In this document: one piece after another, positions 58,868 to 64,000 of the stretch
How positions within the stretch are numbered: position 1 is the first letter of the stretch
Layout of the letters: each line of letters starts with the position of its first letter
Assembly (NCBI GenBank): GCA_965223845.1
Contig: CBDCXR010000004.1
Coordinates: forward strand, 7,744,001-7,808,000
Source of the DNA: Planctomycetota bacterium
Lineage (GTDB): Bacteria; Planctomycetota; UBA8108; SXIK01
Reading direction: 5' to 3'
Length of the DNA: 64,000 bases
Program-made: the position numbers and the translations under genes
Notes under the pieces: generated by a model
Databases searched by the model: none
The model's input: only the letters and a program-made list of their open reading frames with translations
Told to the model about the DNA's origin: nothing

Positions 58868-59761
58868 ATGCAGCGGTTTCCCGCCGAACGAGTCGTATTG
58901 ACCGTCGTCCTCGTCGCTTCGGTGTCCGCGTGGGGAAACGACGAGAAGCGGAAGACGGTACCCGTCGTCGCGGAGCCGATCGCCGGGTTCGAGCCTGTCG
59001 CGAAGAACTCGCAGGGATTCGTCGAGTACCGTCACAAGAAGACCGGAATCGTCATGGTGCAGATCCCCGCCGGATCGTTCGTCATGGGGAGCGCGAAGTC
59101 GAAGTTCGCCGATGGCGATGAGCAGCCGCCGCACCGAGTCGAGCTCGACGCCTTTCTGATCGCGAAGCACGAAGTGACGCAGGCGGAGTGGGAGCGTGTC
59201 ATGGGGTCGAACCCCGCGGCGTTCTCCCCGAGCGGGATCGGACAGCGCCGACTGAAGAAGGGTGCCGACACCGCGTCGTTTCCCGTCGAGATGATCACTT
59301 GGGAGGACTGCGAGCGATTCTGCCGCGCGACCGGGCTGTCGTTCCCGACCGAGGCACAGTGGGAGTACGCCTGTCGGGCGGGAACGAAGGGCCACTTCAG
59401 CGGAAACGGCAAGCTCACGCAGATGGGTTGGTGCCGCGCCAACAGTCGACGGACCCAGCCGGTCGGGACGAAGTCGCCGAACGGATTCGGTCTCTACGAC
59501 ATGCACGGCAACGTCGCCGAGTGGTGCGCCGACATCTACGACCGCGACTTCTACAAAAAGCCGGCTTCACGCACGAAGAATCCTCGAGCCGACGAACCCC
59601 CGGCCGGGGGTTTTGTGAGCCGAGTGGTCCGCGGCGGGGGTTGGCTCGACAAACCGGCGAGGCTCCGCTCGTCGGCCCGGAGCGATCTCGTTCCGTCGAA
59701 GCGGAGCGACCACATCGGATTTCGTCCGGTGTTTGTGCGCGCACCGAACGCTGATTCGTAG
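58868..59761 (+). CDS. Secreted FGE-sulfatase (SUMF1) domain protein
   Basis: Signal peptide; IPAGSFVMG, PTEAQWEYACRAG, GLYDMHGNVAEW, RGGGW, IGFR. Confidence 0.9.
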   Translation: MQRFPAERVVLTVVLVASVSAWGNDEKRKTVPVVAEPIAGFEPVAKNSQGFVEYRHKKTGIVMVQIPAGSFVMGSAKSKFADGDEQPPHRVELDAFLIAKHEVTQAEWERVMGSNPAAFSPSGIGQRRLKKGADTASFPVEMITWEDCERFCRATGLSFPTEAQWEYACRAGTKGHFSGNGKLTQMGWCRANSRRTQPVGTKSPNGFGLYDMHGNVAEWCADIYDRDFYKKPASRTKNPRADEPPAGGFVSRVVRGGGWLDKPARLRSSARSDLVPSKRSDHIGFRPVFVRAPNADS

Positions 59762-60006
59762 GCCGTCGCCTCGAGCTCGGCCCGGCTGACGGACGCGGGG
59801 ATCGCCGATACCGTGTCTCGATTCGCCTGGGTGGTGATCTGCCGCGGCGTCCCTTCAAAAAAGTCCTCCGCGACGATCCCTACGCCTCCGCTCGGGTCGA
59901 TCCGTGGACGACCTCGCGGCCGCGATCCGCGAGCGCCGACCTTTCGGCGAGTTTTCGACAAAGATTCCCGTCCGGTGCGAGTGTCTCTTGCGATGGACGA
60001 AACACG

Positions 60007-60528
60007 ATGACGGGACTCGATCGGGCGAGCTACCGCGGAGAGCTGAAGCGGATCTACGAATCGAGCCGGAGCGGACTCTTCCGCACTGCGCTCGCGGTGA
60101 CCCGCTGTGCGGCGCTCGCGGAAGACGCCGTGCACGAGGCCTTTCGAAAACTCCTCTCGACCGAGCGGCGGATCGAAGATCTTCGGGTGTACGTCTATCG
60201 CGCAGTCCGGAACGCGGCGGTGGATGTGGCGTCGCGCGACGCGCGCGAGCGCGTCGAGCCGTCGTGGACGGCCGACGAGACCCTCGACGGGGCGGCAGGA
60301 CCGTGGGAGCGCGCCTCGCGGCGCGAAGAATCCACCGCGCTCATCGGGGCGCTCTTCGCGCTGCCCGAGGACGAGCGTTCGGTCGTCGCGCTCCGAGTGT
60401 ACGGCGAGCTGACGTTCCGCGAGATCGCGGTCGCGCTCGACGTGCCCGAGGCGACGGCGTCGAGCCGGTACTACCGGGCGCTCCGGCATCTCAGATCGAA
60501 ACTCAAGGAGCCCTTATGGAAGACGTAG
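60007..60528 (+). CDS. ECF sigma factor
   Basis: AEDAVHEAF, YVYRAVRN, LPEDERSVVAL...LTFREIA...TASSRYYRA. Confidence 0.92.
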   Translation: MTGLDRASYRGELKRIYESSRSGLFRTALAVTRCAALAEDAVHEAFRKLLSTERRIEDLRVYVYRAVRNAAVDVASRDARERVEPSWTADETLDGAAGPWERASRREESTALIGALFALPEDERSVVALRVYGELTFREIAVALDVPEATASSRYYRALRHLRSKLKEPLWKT

Positions 60529-60878
60529 AGCGAGCGCTTCGCGAGCTCCCGCTCCGCACACCGAGCCGACGGCTCGATGCGCGGATCGGCGCACTTTTCC
60601 GCGCGGAGGAAACTCCCGCCGAGCCGTCGCGGCCCGTGCGTGTCGGCGGCGGTGTGGCGGCTGCGGCTTGTATCGTCGCGGGTGTCCTCGGATTCGTCGC
60701 CGGGCGCACCTCGGCGCCTCGCGCAGATCTTTCCCTCAGCGAACGAAGCCCGGCGCGCGTTCGGGTCGTCTTCGAGTCATCGCGCGGTCCGAACCCGTTC
60801 GACCTGACGCGGAGCGAGGCCAGCGGGTCGGGTGAATGGCGTTCGCAGGTCCGATTTCCCAAAGGAGAGAGCCGATGA
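60516..60878 (+). CDS. Putative membrane anti-sigma factor
   Basis: Overlaps the sigma stop; AGGAG RBS; single TM segment. Confidence 0.65.
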   Translation: MEDVERALRELPLRTPSRRLDARIGALFRAEETPAEPSRPVRVGGGVAAAACIVAGVLGFVAGRTSAPRADLSLSERSPARVRVVFESSRGPNPFDLTRSEASGSGEWRSQVRFPKGESR

Positions 60879-61756
60879 ACCGGTACCGAACGACCGCAGG
60901 ACTTTTCGGTGCGTGGGCGCTTCTCGCGTCGGCGCCCGCCGTGCTCGCCACAGACTCGGCGCAGGTGTTTCTCTCCGTCGAGGTGTTCCGTGTGCGCGGA
61001 AACGTCAGTGGCACGACGTCGCTCACGGACGACATATGGGCGGGCCTCGACACCCCTAACCGCTCGGCCAAACAAGGAGCGTTCATCTTTTTTACTCGTG
61101 CGAGTCTCGATCTCGGCGGGACGAAGCTCGAAACCGACGAGAAGGGCTGGCGCTGGAACGGGGCGAAGAGACCGCGCAGTAAGACCCCGTTTCCGGGCGT
61201 GGAAACGCTGGCGACGCCGTTTGTCCTCGCGAGCTTCGGCGAGCGATTCGAATTGGAGATCGTCGCGAGTCAGCCGATCGAGTACTTCGCCCGGCGCGGC
61301 GACGGACTCTACGAGCTGAAGTCGGTCGATCGGCGACCGGGCGTCTATCTCTCCGGCGCCGCCGAGCGCGGCCCGAACGGCCGCATCGTGCTGCGCAACC
61401 TGGGTCTCCTCCTCCGCGCCGTTTCGAAGCGGGAGCCGATCGAGGGTGTCTCGCTGAATGTCGGGAAGCCGGTGTTCAGCGAAGAACAGCTGTCGACGAC
61501 GATGAGCCTGCAGCCGGGACGAGCCTACGGGATTCAGTACCTCACGCGGACGGGCGGCGTGCTCTTTCTGCGCGTGGTCACCGAGGTCGTGGATGCCGAC
61601 ACGCGCATACCGATCCCGAGCGACGTCGAGGACCGTCGGGCTTCCGAGAAGGACACCGAAACTCCGACGAAAGTCCCCGATCGAGCTCGCCGCGCGTCGT
61701 CGAATCCAAGCCCGGGGGCCGGCGCGGGAGAGAAGAACTCCGAGCCGCCCCGGTAA
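60875..61756 (+). CDS. Secreted protein with secretin C-domain-like pattern
   Basis: ATGA overlap; signal peptide; QVFLSVEVFRV, TLATPFVLA, GVYL...NGRIVL, PVFSEEQLSTTMSLQPG. Confidence 0.55.
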   Translation: MNRYRTTAGLFGAWALLASAPAVLATDSAQVFLSVEVFRVRGNVSGTTSLTDDIWAGLDTPNRSAKQGAFIFFTRASLDLGGTKLETDEKGWRWNGAKRPRSKTPFPGVETLATPFVLASFGERFELEIVASQPIEYFARRGDGLYELKSVDRRPGVYLSGAAERGPNGRIVLRNLGLLLRAVSKREPIEGVSLNVGKPVFSEEQLSTTMSLQPGRAYGIQYLTRTGGVLFLRVVTEVVDADTRIPIPSDVEDRRASEKDTETPTKVPDRARRASSNPSPGAGAGEKNSEPPR

Positions 61757-61783
61757 CTCTCTGGCTCTCGGGCGCCCGGAGGA

Positions 61784-62947
61784 TCACTCCTCTCTACCGA
61801 GGGCGCGCGAGACCGCCGCGAACACCTGCTTCGGCGAAATCAACGTCATGCAGATTCGGTGCTCGCAGCGGCGCAGCGTACAGGGACTGCACGGTGCGGA
61901 GCTCGTAACGACTTCTCCGCGGCGCGGATAGGGCGCAAATACGGCGGGGTCTTTCGGCCCGTAGAGGCCGACCGTGGGCGTGCCGCACATCGCGGCGATC
62001 GGGAGGGCGCCCGTGTCGGCGGCGACGACGAGGTCCGCCGCGCGAAGGAGCGCGGCAAAACGTCGGAGATCGATCAGTTCGCCGAGCACGGTCGGGCGGT
62101 CGATCGATCGGCAAAGTTCTTCTTCACCGGGACCCCACGTGAGAAGTGTCCGCGCGGGCAGCTCGTGGAGCTGATCGATTAGCGCGCGAAAGTGTTCGAC
62201 CGGCCACCGCTTGATCTCGCCGAACCGGCTGACCGGAGGATGGACGACGACGGCGGGACCCGATCCGGGCAGACGCTCGACCACCGACCGCGCCCAGTCC
62301 AAATCCTCCTCGCGGTGCGGGACTTCACCCGTCGGACAGGGGCCGGTGTAGCCGAGCTTGCGGACGAGGCTGAGATTCTTCTCCACGCGACTGATGCGCG
62401 CAGGAGTCCGCTCTCCGGAATGGGTGAGCGGAAGGCCGGTGCCGGCCTCCCGCCGGTCGGCGCGGTGAAATCCCAGGCGATACCTGCCGCCCGACAGCAT
62501 GAGAGCCACGGCGCTGCGCACGTTGCCCTGGAAATCGATGACGAGGTCGTACTCTCTCTCGCGAAGCACGCTCGCGAGGCGAGCGAGCTCGACGGCGATG
62601 CTCGGCCACAACCACGGCCGGCGCCAACGGCGCTTCCACCGCGGTCGCGGCACCGTCTGGATGCGGGCGAGACTCGGATGGTCGGCTAGGAGCGCGGCGC
62701 CCATCGGTTCGACCAGCCAGTCGATCTCGGCCGCCGGGAATCGCTCGCGGAGCGCGCTCAGAGCCGGAAGCGTGTGCGCGACATCTCCGAGCGCGCTCAT
62801 CCGGACGATGAGGACTCGGCGAATCTCGTCGTCGGTAAACTTCAAATCGCTCCGTCGTATCCTTTCTATCCCCGCACGCGGACGGAATCCCCGGCGGCGA
62901 TCCGGAACGCGCGCCGGCATTCTCGGAGGGGCGTCTTCGCTTGTCAA
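61784..62947 (-). CDS. LPS heptosyltransferase (GT9, WaaC/WaaF-like)
   Basis: LIVRMSALGDVAHTLP, YDLVIDFQG, KRWP, DTG..IAA..GTPTVGLYGP. Confidence 0.9.
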   Translation of the reverse strand: MTSEDAPPRMPARVPDRRRGFRPRAGIERIRRSDLKFTDDEIRRVLIVRMSALGDVAHTLPALSALRERFPAAEIDWLVEPMGAALLADHPSLARIQTVPRPRWKRRWRRPWLWPSIAVELARLASVLREREYDLVIDFQGNVRSAVALMLSGGRYRLGFHRADRREAGTGLPLTHSGERTPARISRVEKNLSLVRKLGYTGPCPTGEVPHREEDLDWARSVVERLPGSGPAVVVHPPVSRFGEIKRWPVEHFRALIDQLHELPARTLLTWGPGEEELCRSIDRPTVLGELIDLRRFAALLRAADLVVAADTGALPIAAMCGTPTVGLYGPKDPAVFAPYPRRGEVVTSSAPCSPCTLRRCEHRICMTLISPKQVFAAVSRALGREE

Positions 62948-63236
62948 AGGTCGAACGCGTGTCTTGGAGGTCGGTCGCGGCGATGCCCGAGCGCGCTGAC
63001 CCGCCTCGGTCTCGGTGGGTTCTCGACGTTCGGGACGCCCGCCATCCGCGAGAGGAATCCGAAGGGCGAAACATTGTCGACTCCCGGTCCGCCGGGAGTG
63101 GCGCGGTGGAATCCGGCGAGACGACCGCGCTATACTCCGGGCGGCAGCGTTCGAGCCGTGAGCGAACCTCGCGGCGTCATCGCGATCCCGCTCCGGCCAG
63201 GAGGCCGATCCTCTGCGTCTCCCCGAAGGCTACTCC

Positions 63237-64000
63237 GTGCGGTACTTCTCCCCGGACGGGGAAGAGCCGACCGAATCGGCGACCGGCGCCCGTCCTTCCG
63301 GAGTGCGCTTTCCCGGCGGGCGCGCTCTCGTCTGTCGGGATGACTCGCTCGAACTCGCGCTGCGTGCCGGTCTTCACGATCCCCGGGCGGTCCTGGCATC
63401 GGACGCGGTCGTCGGTTGGCTCTCGGGCGGCCGCACCCGTCACGCGCGTCTCTCGATCGAGGGCGAGTCCTGGGTGCTCAAGGCGTACCGACGGGGCGGA
63501 GCCATCGGCGTCGTGAATCCCGATCTCTATTGGGGAAACGGACGGTTCGTCCGCGAGCTCGGCGTGGCTGCGTCCGCCCAGCGCGTCGGCATCCCGACGG
63601 CCGAGTTGATCGCGCTCATCACCGAGTCGGTTCCCGGCGGTGCCCTCCGCGCGTGGCTGGTCTCGCGGTACGTCGAGGGTGTGCGGCCGCTCGAAGAGTT
63701 CGTCGGCGATCCCGGCTTCGAACAGCCCGAGGCGATCTCGATGTTCTCGTCCGCGGGCGAGCTCGTCGCGCGGATGCACGCCGCGGGGATCGACCACCCC
63801 GACCTCCACCTGCAGAACATCGTCGGGCGGCTAGGGAACGGTGGGGAATCGCTCACGTATATTCTCGACTGGGATCGCGCCCGAAAACGTGACGCGGGCA
63901 GCTGGAACCCTCACGTCAACCTCCTCCGGCTCTGGCGTTGGGTGCAGAAGGTGGAGCGGCAGGGCCGCCTGAGGTCCGAGAGCCTCGGGAGCGAGGCGAC
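63237..64000 (+). CDS. Kdo/LPS kinase (KdkA/InaA family), 3'-truncated; absent from the ORF track
   Basis: Open frame to the window end: GGR, VLKAYRRGG, MHAAGIDHPDLHLQNI, ILDWD; start is GTG 63237 or CTG 63213. Confidence 0.85.
   Translation, partial: MRYFSPDGEEPTESATGARPSGVRFPGGRALVCRDDSLELALRAGLHDPRAVLASDAVVGWLSGGRTRHARLSIEGESWVLKAYRRGGAIGVVNPDLYWGNGRFVRELGVAASAQRVGIPTAELIALITESVPGGALRAWLVSRYVEGVRPLEEFVGDPGFEQPEAISMFSSAGELVARMHAAGIDHPDLHLQNIVGRLGNGGESLTYILDWDRARKRDAGSWNPHVNLLRLWRWVQKVERQGRLRSESLGSEA

Noticed and set aside
25680-59761. Two FGE/CLec-fold genes as diversity-generating retroelement targets
   Set aside because: No reverse transcriptase and no template repeat seen; similarity is limited to family motifs
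2472-60489. Many long antisense or off-frame ORFs (e.g. 2472-4346, 6378-8252, 8899-11013, 22981-25989, 42307-44340, 50427-52589)
   Set aside because: Shadows of real genes in high-GC DNA; Arg/Ala/Pro-rich with no motifs

Overview
GC-rich bacterial DNA, probably Planctomycetota (inferred from the FG-GAP/dockerin-like surface protein, FGE-domain proteins, sulfatase and DUF1570-like protein). Most of the window is housekeeping: prkA-yeaH-spoVR, pepA, mqnC, ygfZ, lysC, nadE, moaD/E, pyk, kbl, hisS, iscS and LPS genes. Three accessory features stand out. (1) Four copies of a ~40-bp CGAAG-periodic intergenic repeat in alternating orientation. One inverted pair brackets a GxxExxY PD-(D/E)xK nuclease gene; the other brackets a whole TIR-MoxR-vWA-effector cassette. 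(2) That cassette, a MoxR/vWA ternary-type conflict system with a GAF/pseudo-trypsin/TIR/FGE effector, sits directly after nadE. (3) A tightly coupled but strongly reduced contractile-injection-system (eCIS)-like operon with no recognisable spike, PAAR, AAA+ ATPase or fibre gene, ending in a PP2C phosphatase. No rRNA, tRNA, CRISPR array, transposase or integrase was seen. All calls are by-eye motif recognition, not database searches.
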